Positions 12,252 to 25,266 of a stretch of 64,000 bases of DNA are shown piece after piece. The stretch covers positions 40,424,001 through 40,488,000 of the forward strand of contig OX597827.1 of the NCBI GenBank assembly GCA_951406725.2. The letters are read 5' to 3'. The translations under genes were made by a program, and so were the position numbers. The notes beneath the pieces are model-generated. The model was not told where the DNA came from. It was given only the letters and a program-made list of their open reading frames with translations, and made no database searches. Position 1 is the stretch's first letter; each line of letters begins with the position of its first letter. This DNA comes from Octopus vulgaris. Taxonomy: Eukaryota.

Positions 12252-12341
<90 letters not shown>

Positions 12342-13433
12342 ATATATATAGTACCTACGTACGTTTCACCATTGCAGTTATGTGGAACTTAACATTTGGA
12401 TGCCTAACTGCAATGAATCTCTAGGGAAACACTTAATTGCATTCTGTCACAGAGATCAAATATCCGAGATAATTTATAAGTATTTAGAGAAGGAAGTAGA
12501 AAGAAAACAAGCCAGTAGTGTCGAAAAAATGGAAGAGGAGAAAGAAGTAAACCAAGAAGTAAACAGAATAAAAAGTAAATTGTGGCTGTGTGGTAAGAAG
12601 CTTGCTTCCCAACCACATGGTTCCGGGTTCGGTCCCCCTGCATGGCACTTTGGGCAAAAGTCTTCTACTATAGCTTCAGGTTGACCAAAGCCTTGTGAGT
12701 GGATTTGGTAGACGGAAATTGAAAGAAGCCCGTCGTATATACAAAGAATAAGACCTGGGGTCGATTTGTTCGACTGAAGGCGGTGCTTCAACAAGACCGC
12801 TGTCAAATGAGTGAAACAAGTAAAAGAATAAAAGAATAAAAGAATTTATGTGTGTGTCTTTAAGTCTGTGTTTGTCTTCCCGCCATTTGACAACCGGTGT
12901 CGGTGTGTTTATGTCCCCGTAACTTAATGGTTCGGCAAAGAGACCGATAAAATGAGTACTAGGCTTAAAAAATAAGTCCTGGAGTCTATTTGTTAGACTA
13001 AAACCCTTGAGGACGGTGCCCCAGCATGGCCGCAATCAAACGACTGAAACAAGTAAAAGATAAAAGATATAAGGTAGACAAATGAAAACGATAAGTGAAT
13101 AAATACACAAATAAAATATATAAATGTATACATGTACATACATACATACACACACAGGCACACGCACACATACATATACATACATTCGTACATTCATACA
13201 TATTCGAAAATACACATTCTTTTATTCTTTTATTTGCTTCAGTCATTTGACTGCGGCCATGCTGGAGTCGAACAAATCGACCCCAGGACTTATTCTTTGT
13301 AAGACTAGTACTTATTATATCGGTGTCTTTTGCCGATCTGCTCAGTTACAGGGACGTAAACACACCAACATCGGTTGTCAAGCTATGGTGGGGGGACAAA
13401 CGCAGACACAGACACATACACGGACACACACAC

Positions 13434-13479
<46 letters not shown>

Positions 13480-14024
13480 CAGGCTTCTTTCTGTTTCCGT
13501 CAACCAAATCCACTGACAAGGCTTTGGTCGGCCCGAGGCTATAGTAGAAGACACTTGCCCAAGGTGCTACGCAGTGGGACTGAATCCGGAATTATGTTGG
13601 GAAGTTAGCTAATTACACAAAATATTTAAAATAAGATAAAATGAAATGAAATAAAGATCAATGGAAGCATAAGTGAAAAAAAAAAATGAAAAAAAGAAAA
13701 ACCCTTTGAGATTGGTAGGTTAGCGAGATTAAGATAGAAAAAGCAGGAACTGTGTAGCAGAGGGAGATGATTGAAAAGGCTACAAGTTTTTAAAATTTTT
13801 TTTTCAAGTAGGGTTTAAAGGAAGAAAAAGAGTAGAAGGAGTGTATTGTGATGGTTTGTATTTTAATTCAATTCTTGAGGATGACACTTTGAGTTGGAAA
13901 AGTGCGAGTGGGTTATGACTCTATTCTGAATTGGTGACACCGAGTAGATAAATGAAAAAAAAATGCAGCTTGAGAGTTAAAAGTCAATAAATATAAATCC
14001 TATAATCACACACGTGCGCACGCA

Positions 14025-14093
<69 letters not shown>

Positions 14094-16104
14094 GCACGCA
14101 CACACACACACACAAACACACATTCATATATAAATACATACATAAATGTTACCAATGTCACATACTACTTATTGTAAGTGTTTTCTTTATGCCGGATTCG
14201 TCGAGGGGAAATCCTTTTAAGACATGTTAAAAACACTGAACGGTGGGTATCGATATTTCACTGTTATGCTGTTATTTCAGCGATATAGGCTCACAAGGCT
14301 CGTCTCTCAGATTGCGGTGCATATATTCCCAACCTGGACGGGACGCTGATCCGTCGCAGAATTACTAATTTTAAGGCAGTGAGCTGGCAGAAACGTTAGC
14401 AGGCCGGGCGAAATGCTTAGCGGCATTTCATGTCTTTACGTTCTGAGTTGCAATTCCGCCGAGGTTCACTTTGCCTTTCATCCTTTCGAGGTCGATAAAT
14501 TAAGTACCAGTTACGCACTGGGGTAGATGTAATCGATTTAATCCGTTTGTCTGTTCTTGTTTGTCCCCTCTATGTTTAGCCCATTGTGGTCAATAAAGAA
14601 ATAAGAATTACTAATTTTTGCCAGCCGATTGGACGGGAACAATGGGAGCAATATCACACATCTAAAACTTCTTTGAAATTTCCATTCTTTACATACCCTG
14701 CCGCATAGAGAGTCAGCGAAATGCGAAAACTTATCGTTTAAACCTTTCAAGGCGATGGGGTCCGACCATGACTTTTCTTTTATCGTAAAACAGTGTGCTC
14801 CAGGGGAGGGTCTATATCGAACGAAACTCTTAAGTTTTCCTTCTCTTTGCAGGAATATATTCTTAATCCTGACTGAAGTTAATGTCTTAATCAAAAATTA
14901 AGCCAATGTCTTAATCTCAGCTGAAGCTAATGCACATTTCTTGCCCTTGGTATCAGTGGAACCCCCGACTGCGTTTAACATGATAAGATGCCTGTGTAAT
15001 GGCATCACCCGTTTTTGATCTTGAAGCAATTACTTATGCCTTTGAATTTTTTGCATTTTAATGCTGACAGAGCCCTTCCTTTCCAACATTTCATCAATCC
15101 TAGCGCTTCGCAAAGACTTTGTTTATGTATTCTACAAATTTTCCTCCTGAAATTTCTAATAACACACGCTTCTATGCAGGTCTCACCATTCAATCAGACC
15201 TAACTTTTAGAAAAGCTGTATCATTCTCACACTACCAGTACATAAAACGCACCATACATACACTGTCTTCAAATGACACATACACTACATCACCGTGTCA
15301 GAGATACGGCAGAGACACCAGTAGCAGGACTTTGGATGACCAACAAGGTGGAGGAGTCCAAGACCAACGGTTTGAAGGTCTCTGTGGCCAAGCGGAGGAT
15401 CTACTATAGTGGATCTTCTGCTATCAGATAACTATCAGGCAACGGTTGGGCGTCAACCAGCAAGTGAGCTGCTACTACAGGGTAGCCTCATCGTCGTCCA
15501 TACTCGCTGTATTCTTGTAAACTACTTGGTACCTGGCGTGGAGGCCCAGAGGTAGTCTGTTGGGGGAACGACGCCAACCGCCTTACTCACCGTCCAAGGT
15601 CTTTCGTCCATAGAAGTGGGAAGCCCTGTGACGATGGAATGAATGTAACAGCAGCAGGTGTAAGTAAATGGGAGTTGTCAGTAAGAGCTCTGAAGAAAGG
15701 CAGTTCGCTTCCGATGGTCGCGGTCAGTGTTGATACCTGATCACTCGCAGGGAGCACTGCCCACCTCGGAAGTGGATGCTTCTACAAAAGGTAAGTACAA
15801 AAGAAAGAGTGCTCAGAACAAAACCTGACTGGTTCACCGCGAGCAGCGGAACTATTCTGAACAGAACTGTCAATGTCGATCTACGACAGACAGCCAACGA
15901 TGACGATATTTGAAGGTTGAGCAGGGGCAGAGGCAGAGGGCAAAACAAGAATGCCACGGCTGGAACAAGGGTGATCATAGGTTAACTGAAGCAGAATTGA
16001 CCTGCGACTGAACAACAATAGCGACTATAAATATAAAAATACAAAAAGGCAAACGCTATCACAGCCACAGTAACAACAACAACAACAACAACAACAAAAA
16101 CAAT

Positions 16105-16167
<63 letters not shown>

Positions 16168-16584
16168 AGTATTTCTATCTGATAAGGTCGTGGTAATCGA
16201 CACATGGTGCTGTGATATAAATAAATAAATATATATAAAAAAAGATATTTTGCGAGAAATCTGAAAATGTCTGTTGAAGATTTCAGAAGCTATAGATAAA
16301 AAAGAAAGAAAGAAAGCATGAACATAACAGAATTCACAGAGACTAGCGGTAGTTTGCTTCTGCACAAATTTAATTTTTTGGTATAAAGTTCAATTTACTC
16401 AAGTTGGTATACCGTTGTGAGAAGATATTTCTAATGTTTTGGGACAAAAATGTTCTTCGGGGAAGAAAAAAGTTTGGGGATATCCTTTCTCAATGAAAGA
16501 CGTCACTCATTAAGAAAGGATGCACCTAACTTCATTCTTCGGCGAAGAAGATTTTGTCTGAAACACCCACTTCTCTAACAACTT

Positions 16585-16900
16585 TTTATTTATTTATGCG
16601 CCCTTTTCAAGCCTAGTCAGGCTCATGGGCCCGGTTTCCCGGTTTCTATAGCGTATGTGTTCCCCGCAGCCGGACGGGACGCCAGTCCATCGCAGCGTTA
16701 CTCAAGAAACAGGAAGAGAGAGTGAGAGAAAGTTGGGGCGAAAGAGTACAACAGGGGTCGCCACCACCCCTTACCGGAGCCTCGTGGAGCTTTAGATGTT
16801 TTCGCTCAATAAATACACACAACGCCCGGTCTGGGAATCGAAACCGCGATCCTCCGACCGCGAGTCCGCTGCCCTAACCACTGGGCCATTGCGCCTCCAC
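16585..16900 (-). mobile_element. SINE family C (tRNA head, V-domain-like CTGCGATGGACTGGCGTCCCGTCC)
   Basis: A/B-box head GCAATGGCCCAGTGGTTAGG...GGTTTCGATTCC, (TAAA)n tail. Related copy at 22970-23255. Confidence 0.8.
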
Positions 16901-16963
16901 ATCTCTAACAACCTACCAAGAGGAAACTTTGTTTTTGCTACTGTGTATGTACATATGTATGCA

Positions 16964-17011
<48 letters not shown>

Positions 17012-17358
17012 CTGTAAGTCCGATATCTGCTGTCGTCGCTCCTGGTTGTTGTTGTTGCTGTTGTCTCTGCACCTGAGTCTAAATATAGAAAAATATTTGT
17101 AGTGAAGAGGAAAAAAAAACAAATTAGTCAACTAACGAGTAAACACAATGAAATAAGTTTGATAATGATTCTAACATTTGCACAAGGTTAAATATTTCGG
17201 GGGGTCGGGAGGGTGTAGACGATTAAATGGACCTTAGTACTTGACTGGTATTACATTTTATTGTTCCCAGAAAGATGAGACATAAGCGAGGAAACGAATT
17301 TTTTTTTTATAAGCAAGGTCGATTTCTCAATCTTAAAAAGCCCTCCCCAAAACATAGG

Positions 17359-17403
<45 letters not shown>

Positions 17404-17904
17404 TATTATTATTATTATTATTATTATATTTGTACAGTAATTAAATCAGATAAATCCAACAATAGAAACATAATGTTCCAAATCAGTACAAAAATGTTGC
17501 TACGCACGTTTTGGCGATGAAATTTTTCAAAAGAATGTTCAAAGCGTTTTCATTGCCCCTGCCAAAATTCTAGGGAGTGCCTGCACACCCCTTGTTCCCA
17601 TACCTATGGGATGAGACAAGAATTTGAACTTAGAATGTTAAGAGTCGAAACTAAAGAATTTCGTCCATACTACCCATTACACAACCTCTATAAAATCTAA
17701 AATTTATTTTGGAAGTTATGGGAGCAACTGTCTTCGAAGACTCATATTATCGTTGATTGCTCGAAATGAGGAGTAGATAGACAACCGACAATCGATGAAG
17801 GGTCGTTCTTTGTGTTACTTGTCCCGGTTTAAATTTTTTTCGCTTTCGTTGTTTGCGCATTCAACTTGTTTGTTTTCGTATTTCATATTGTTTACAATAT
17901 GACG

Positions 17905-17984
17905 TCCTGCACCCATATATGCATATATATATATATATATAAATTGTATATATATAAAATAATATAAATAATATATATATATTC

Positions 17985-18083
<99 letters not shown>

Positions 18084-18192
18084 TATATACATACATATAT
18101 ATGCATATATATATATTATTTATATTATTTTATATAAATACAATTTATATATATATTTCTATATACATGCATACATACAGACATACACATGT

Positions 18193-18258
<66 letters not shown>

Positions 18259-18301
18259 GTATATATATATGTATGTATATATATATATATGTATATATAT
18301 A

Positions 18302-18367
<66 letters not shown>
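17905..18367. repeat. Compound (TA)n/(CA)n microsatellite (one of dozens: TA, CA, GA, TATC, TGTC, TAA, TAC, TATG)
   Basis: Direct reading. Confidence 0.95.
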
Positions 18368-18370
<3 letters not shown>

Positions 18371-18654
18371 AGAGTTTACGAAAAAAACAAAAGATGAAGA
18401 CAGGTGGTGTTCAAAAGAAACAGATGTATTAGTATAACGCTCAGGAATAGAAAAAGTCTTTTACGTTTCGAGCCTACGCACCTCTACAGAAAGGAACACA
18501 GAAAAAACAAGGAGAGAAAAAAAATGTGTGTAGTGGCTAACGATCTATCACTGACTTCGGACAGAAGGGTCACACACGAGAGGTAAGAAGTAGGGGAGAT
18601 AACAAGGTAAAAATGCCCCCCCCAAACACGAAGTAGCGTGTGTGTATAAGAGAG

Positions 18655-18704
<50 letters not shown>

Positions 18705-19057
18705 TGTATGTATATGTATATTAAAGTAAACAAACAGGGTGTGCGTTGCGCTACATGGATATATCAAGGGCTGAACAGAAAGAACAGAAGAGAAAAATAG
18801 GAGGAAAGTTGAACGAAAGCAGAGCAAACGGAAAACTAGACGAAAACTTAACAGATGGATAATTAGGCAAAAACAAGATACACGTGGCTCTGTGATAGGA
18901 AGCTTGCTTTTCAACATGGTTCCGGGATTAGTCATAGTTCGTGGAACCTAGGACAAGTGTCTTGTACTATAGTCTTAGGTTGACCAATGCAATGGTAAAC
19001 AGAAACAGAGAGAAAACCACCACATGTACGTATGTCTGTCAGTCTGTCTATATATAC

Positions 19058-19147
<90 letters not shown>

Positions 19148-19320
19148 AGAGTTTACGAAAAAAACAAAAGACGAAGACAGGTGGTGTACAAAAGAAACAG
19201 ATGTATTAGTATAACGCTCAGGAATAGAAAAAGTCTTTTACGTTTCGAGCCTACGCACCTCTACAGAAAGGAACACAGAAAAAACAAGGAGAGAAAAAAA
19301 TGTGTGTATATATATATATA

Positions 19321-20846
19321 AACTTCCAAGAAAACTGAAGGAAGGTAAAATATGCCCTATTCATAAAGGAGGTAGCAGAGCGGAGGCCAAAAACTACAGA
19401 CCTATCTCTATGACCTCACACATCAGCAAGGTCATGGAACGAATAGTCAGAAGGAAACTAATCACCTTCCTTGAAGAAAATGACTTGCTGCCTGACACCC
19501 AACATAGTTTCCGACCAGGAAGAAGCTGCTTAACTCAGCTCCTACAACACTATGACTGGGTGCTGAAACGACTGCTCAACCACTCAAATGTGAAAGTGAT
19601 ATATCTCGACTTTGCAAAGGCCTTTGATAAAGTCGATCATGGGATGATATGTCACAAACTGCGTGATCTTGGCATAGTTGGAAAATTGGGAGAATGGCTT
19701 TATGACTTTCTGAAGGAGAGAAGTCAGGTGGTAGTAGCTAATGGGGCCACTTCCATTAACACGCAAATAGTGAGCGGTGTTCCGCAGGGCACCGTTTTGG
19801 GACCACTACTGTTCATAATGGCCCTCTCAGACATGCCCTCAGCCACGCAGAGAGCCACGATCACAAGTTATGCAGATGATACAAAAGTTTCACAGGCAAT
19901 ACAGAACCCTGAAGACACTAAGCACCTGCAATGTGAGCTAGACAAAATATACAAGTGGGCTGAAAAGAATAGCATGCAGTTCAATGCTGAAAAGTTTCAA
20001 GCTTTATGCTATCAGCATGCAAAACTAAATGCAATACCCAATGAATACACTGGACCTGGAGAGATTGCAATCCCAGAGGCACAATCAGTGCGTGACCTGG
20101 GTATTTACATGAGTGATGACGCAACCTTTCATGTACATGTTGCTAAATTGGCAATGAAATGTAGGCGGCTGGCCGGATGGATTCTTAGTACCTTTAGAAC
20201 AAGAGACCAAGAAACCATGATGGTCCTCTGGAGGACACTTGTCCTAAGCCACTTTGACTATTGCTCTCAGCTATGGTCACCATCCAGTGTCAAGTTGATC
20301 ACAGAACTTGAGGCGATCCAACGATGCTACACAAAGAAGATAGCCTCTGTGCAGCATATAAGCTACTGGGAAAGACTCAAGAGATTAAGACTCTATTCCT
20401 TAGAGCGTAGGCGAGAAAGATATGCCATAATATACATCTGGAAGATCCTAGAAGGACTTGTCCCAAACTTTGGCATTGAGAGTTACACAAATGCCAGAAC
20501 TGGGCGCCACTGCGTGGTGCCAAGGACTCCAAATTTGCCATCAAGATGTAGGACAAGATACTGTGATAGCCTGGGCTTCAGAGGCCCACAGCTCTTCAAT
20601 ATCCTCCCGAAGAACCTGAGGGACCTACATGGGGTGGATGCAGATGTCTTTAAAGTAGGATTGGATCTCTTCCTGTCAGGTGTCCCAGATGAACCAACTT
20701 CACGGCAGGAGGTGCAGATGAGGGCAGCTGCATCGAACTCTCTCATGCACCAAATGGCAGTTGCTAAAAAGCAACACCAAATGGCGGTGCCCCAGCATGG
20801 CCACAGCTCGTGAGCTGAAACTAGATAAAATTTAAAAAATAAGAAT

Positions 20847-20850
<4 letters not shown>
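19321..20850 (+). mobile_element. 5'-truncated CR1-group LINE with an uninterrupted reverse transcriptase frame
   Basis: NYRPIS, DFAKAFDKVDH, SGVPQGTVLGPLLF, YADD, LYSLERRRER. Ends in a 3' hairpin and A-rich tail, flanked by (TA)n. Confidence 0.93.
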
Positions 20851-20895
<45 letters not shown>

Positions 20896-21960
20896 GTATA
20901 TACACATACATACATATACACATATATATATATTTACGCACACACATGAACGTATGTTCGACTGAGACATTACAACCGTATCTGATTCGTCAAGTGCTAC
21001 AATTCTGTGTATATAGATATATTTTACTCGATAGCAATGGTTTCTCTCATTGTGTTGATATGCCATTTTCCATCATTAATAAAACTGACGGCATTTTTGA
21101 CGATGCCGGTATACTAGTATAATACCTCACACGTAAAAAGAAAAAATATATATCATAAAATCTACTAAGATTTACTGTTACATAATTATATGACTAACGT
21201 TGAGGATTTTAACCAAGTATAAAATTACTCCCCAACCTTTGTGACATACACCAGAATTGTTAAAGTAATGTAGCTTACACATTATTATAGCAATTAAATT
21301 TGGAAAGGAGACTGCGAAGGTCTCAGAACGTCAGCCTAAGGAAGTTTGGAACGCTATCGTCTGAAACTAAACATGAATGACTACAGAGAAAATTATGAAA
21401 GATCTTGGTGCCCCAGCATGACTGCAGCTTTAAAGCTGGGACACTTTAAACGATTAAAGAATTAAATAAGATCAAACTTGAACATAGTCGTGTTTTTAAT
21501 AAACAACACACGCTGAGGCATACATACTCTCACAAGCTCATAAATATGTGTGTACGTATGTTGCGCGCGTCTGTTGGCTTGTTTGTGTGTAAAGACAAAT
21601 TAAAATACATTCAAAATAAGATAATTCAAGCAGCAGAAATGTCTGTAGTTGTAAATGAAGAAGGAAGCCGTTTGGCGGGAAATTCGATGAGAACTAAACA
21701 AGCAACGTGTGAGTGTGTGTATGTGTGTGCAAGAATGTATGTGAGTATGTGTGATTAGATATGTGTTATTCTATTATATTTGAAAATGTGTGTGTGTGTG
21801 TGTGTGTGTGTGTTTGTGTGTGCGTATGCACGTGCGTGCGTTGGCGTGTACACGCGGCACCTGATAACATTGTTTTCATATTTCTTTCCATGTTTTTCCA
21901 GTAAGTTTCAGAAAAACTTTCCTGTGAGTGTGTACGCACGCACGCACGTATATATGTGCA

Positions 21961-22648
21961 CTAGCAGCATAGCCCGGCGTTGCCCGGCTATGTAAGAAAC
22001 TTTGTCGATAAGCAATGCCCTTTACCTTTTTACCCATTTTTGTACACATTGAACCGTTATTTAAAAAAATATCGTAGAAAAATCGGTTGCTATGTGTGCC
22101 ACATATGATGTAATTAACCGATTTTTTCCAGTAATAACGTATCCTATTGGAATCAAAAGGGCCATATAGCTCCCTGGAGCAGACATGATGCTCGCTGTGA
22201 ATTTCAAAAAAAAATTCCTGCCAATTTGTTAAAGATATTGTCGAAAATATTTCATCTTGAATTTGAACGCGATTTCCCAAAATGGCATGATTTTATCGAT
22301 TTTTTCTGATGGTAAGGTATTGCATGGAAAACTAACGTTAGAATTAAGTTCCTTATGGTAACATTAAGCTTCACCATGAGTTTGGTGAAATCGATTGCAA
22401 GTTACGAAAACTACAACGGAAAATGTGTTGCATATGAAAAGCTTAGATTCTCGACCCCATGTCGAATTTATCAATTTTTTTCAGAACTGGAGGAACTTTT
22501 CAAAATTTTCGCTGCGTTAGTTTTGAATTATGACATTGGGCTATGTGTGTGTCAAGTTTCATCAGAATCGGTTGAAAGCCGTGGTCAGGGTGAGGGTACA
22601 ACCCGACAGACACACAGACAGACAAACTACCTTTTATACATATAGAGA
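21961..22648 (-). mobile_element. Non-autonomous Helitron-like element (partial copy at 1487-1780)
   Basis: Minus strand A|TC...GC-rich hairpin (CCGGGCAACGCCGGG)...CTAG|T. 22356-22645 closely matches 1487-1780. Confidence 0.75.
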
Positions 22649-22706
22649 TAGAGATATGTATGTACGCATGTATGTATGTATGTATGTATGTATGTATGTA
22701 TGTATG

Positions 22707-22737
<31 letters not shown>

Positions 22738-23269
22738 GCATGTACGTACATACAAGTGGATGGATGTATGAACGTATGTGCGTGATTATGCGTGTGTTTG
22801 TATGTGTATGTGATTGTGTGTGTTTTTGTGCGTGTGTATCTGAGTGTCTATGCGTTTTTTTAGAAGTTCTCAAGCAAGTGTGTGTGTGTGCATGTTAATG
22901 CATATATGTAAATGTGTCTGTCGTGACGTGTATATTTGTAAAGCTGTTTATATCTTGTGAGTTGTTCCTTCTCAAGCCATGTCTGGCTCATAACGGGCCG
23001 GTTTCCTGGTTTCATTGGCGTATAGGTTCCCCACCTGAATCGGACGCCGGTTCATCGCAGGTGAACTGCTAGATGCAGGAGGAAAGAGTGAGAGAAAGTT
23101 GTGGCGAAAGAGTCAGCAGAAGTTCGCCATTACCTTCTGCTGGAGCCGCGTGGAGCTTAGGTGTTTTGCTCATAAACACACACATCGCCCGGTCTGATAT
23201 TCGAACCCGCGATCCCTCGACCGCTGCTCTAACCACTAGGCCATGTGCCTCCACTATGTATATATGTAT

Positions 23270-23323
<54 letters not shown>

Positions 23324-23911
23324 TCTTTTCTGCTCTAGGCACAAGGCCCGAAATTATTGGGGAGGGGGACAGTCAATTAGATCGACCCCAGTACGCAACA
23401 GGTACTTAATTAATCCACCTAAAAGGATGAAAGGCAAAGTCGACCTCGGTGAAATTTGAACTCAGAACATAAAGACAGGCGAAATACCTGTTTCTTTACT
23501 ACCCACAAGGGGCTTAACACAGAGAGTACAAACAAAGACAGACAAACGGATTAAGTCGATTATATCGACCCCTGTGCGTAACTGGTACTTATTTAATCGT
23601 TCCCGAAAGGATGAAAGGCAAAGTCGACCTCGGCGGAGTTTGAACTCAGCACGTAGCGGCAGACGAAATACCTATTTCTTTATTACCCACAAGGGGCTAA
23701 ACACAGAGGGGACAAACAAGAACAGACATAGGTATTAAGTCGATTATATCGACCCCAGTGCGTAACTGGTACTTAATTTATCGACCCCGAAAGGATGAAA
23801 GGCAAAGTCGACCTCGGCGGAGTTTGAACTCAGCACGTAGCGGCAGACGAAATACCGCAAAGCATTTCGCCCGGCGTGCTAAAGTTTCTGCCAGCTCGCC
23901 TTCTATATATA

Positions 23912-23965
<54 letters not shown>

Positions 23966-24710
23966 ATTGTTCGCCCCCTCTATGTTTAGCCCCTTGTGAG
24001 TAATAAAGAAATAAATATATCATTTAGTTCAATAACTTTAGCACACCGGGCGAAATGCTTAGCGATATTTTATCTGTCTTTATCTGAGTTCAAATTCCGC
24101 CGAAGTCGACTTTGCCTTTCATCCTTTCGGGGTCGATAAATTAAATACAAGTTGCGTACTGTGGTTGATCTAATCTCTCATCAAACATTTCGGGCCTTGT
24201 GCCTAGAGTAGAAAAGATTATTTAGTTCAATGAAAAGATTTAAGCTTCATCTTTATTAACAAGACAAATAGCAGTGTGATCCATATAATTCTTCTTTCTT
24301 TGTCATTCTGATAATGGACACGTTTTAAAAAAATTCTCTTTTATTTGCTTCAGTCATTGGACTGTCCATGTCGGAAGGTTTGTCATTGTGGTTCTCAATC
24401 ACTTTTTACTCATGGACTCTTTGATTCCCATTTTACTTGGATGGGCCCTTCTAATCATTTGGTATTTAAAAATTTTTATATCTTTATAATTAAATATTAT
24501 TCGGGATTGTATAAAAAATTTGTTGAAATATTTTGTGTATTGTAAAAGTATGAGCAGGCTGTGTGGTAAGTAGCTTGCTTACCAACCACATGGTTCCGGG
24601 TTCAGTCCCACTGCGTGACACCTTGGGCAAGTGTCTTCTACTATAGCCTCGGGCCGACCAAAGCCTTGTGAGTGGATTTGGTAGACGGAAACTTAAAGAA
24701 GCCCGTGGTA

Positions 24711-24787
<77 letters not shown>

Positions 24788-25220
24788 TTTGTATGTGTGT
24801 GTGTGTGTGTATGTGTGTGTGTGTGTGTTTTGTGCGTCTGTGGTTGTCCCCCAACATCACTTGACAACCGATGCTGGTATGGTTACGTCCCCGTAACTTA
24901 GCGGTTCGGCAAAAGAGACCGATAGAATTAGTACTAGGCTCACAAAAAATAAGTCCTGGGGTCGATTTCTTCGACTATAGGCGGTGCTCCAGCATGGCCG
25001 CAGTCAAATGACTGAAACAAGTAAAAGAGTAAAGAATAAGAGCATAAACTTTAACAACAGAAACTTATATGGACCGCCAAGGGCCATAAGGACCCTGGTT
25101 GAAAACTACTGGTTCAGACTATCGGTCCGTTTTTGCCAAACCACAAAACAGGGGGATGTAAACAAACTGACTCATGCAGTCAAGCGGCATGTATGTGTGT
25201 GTGTGTGTGTGAATATACAC

Positions 25221-25266
<46 letters not shown>

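Noticed and set aside
14538-15193. Minus-strand ORFs of 118 and 62 aa with some splice-like sites
   Set aside because: No recognisable domain and no consistent exon chain could be assembled.
16820-16900. tRNA gene
   Set aside because: tRNA-derived SINE head that continues into a SINE body, with no proper acceptor stem or terminator.
17861-18432. Many ORFs reading [18 protein letters not shown]
   Set aside because: Translations of stop-free microsatellites, not genes.
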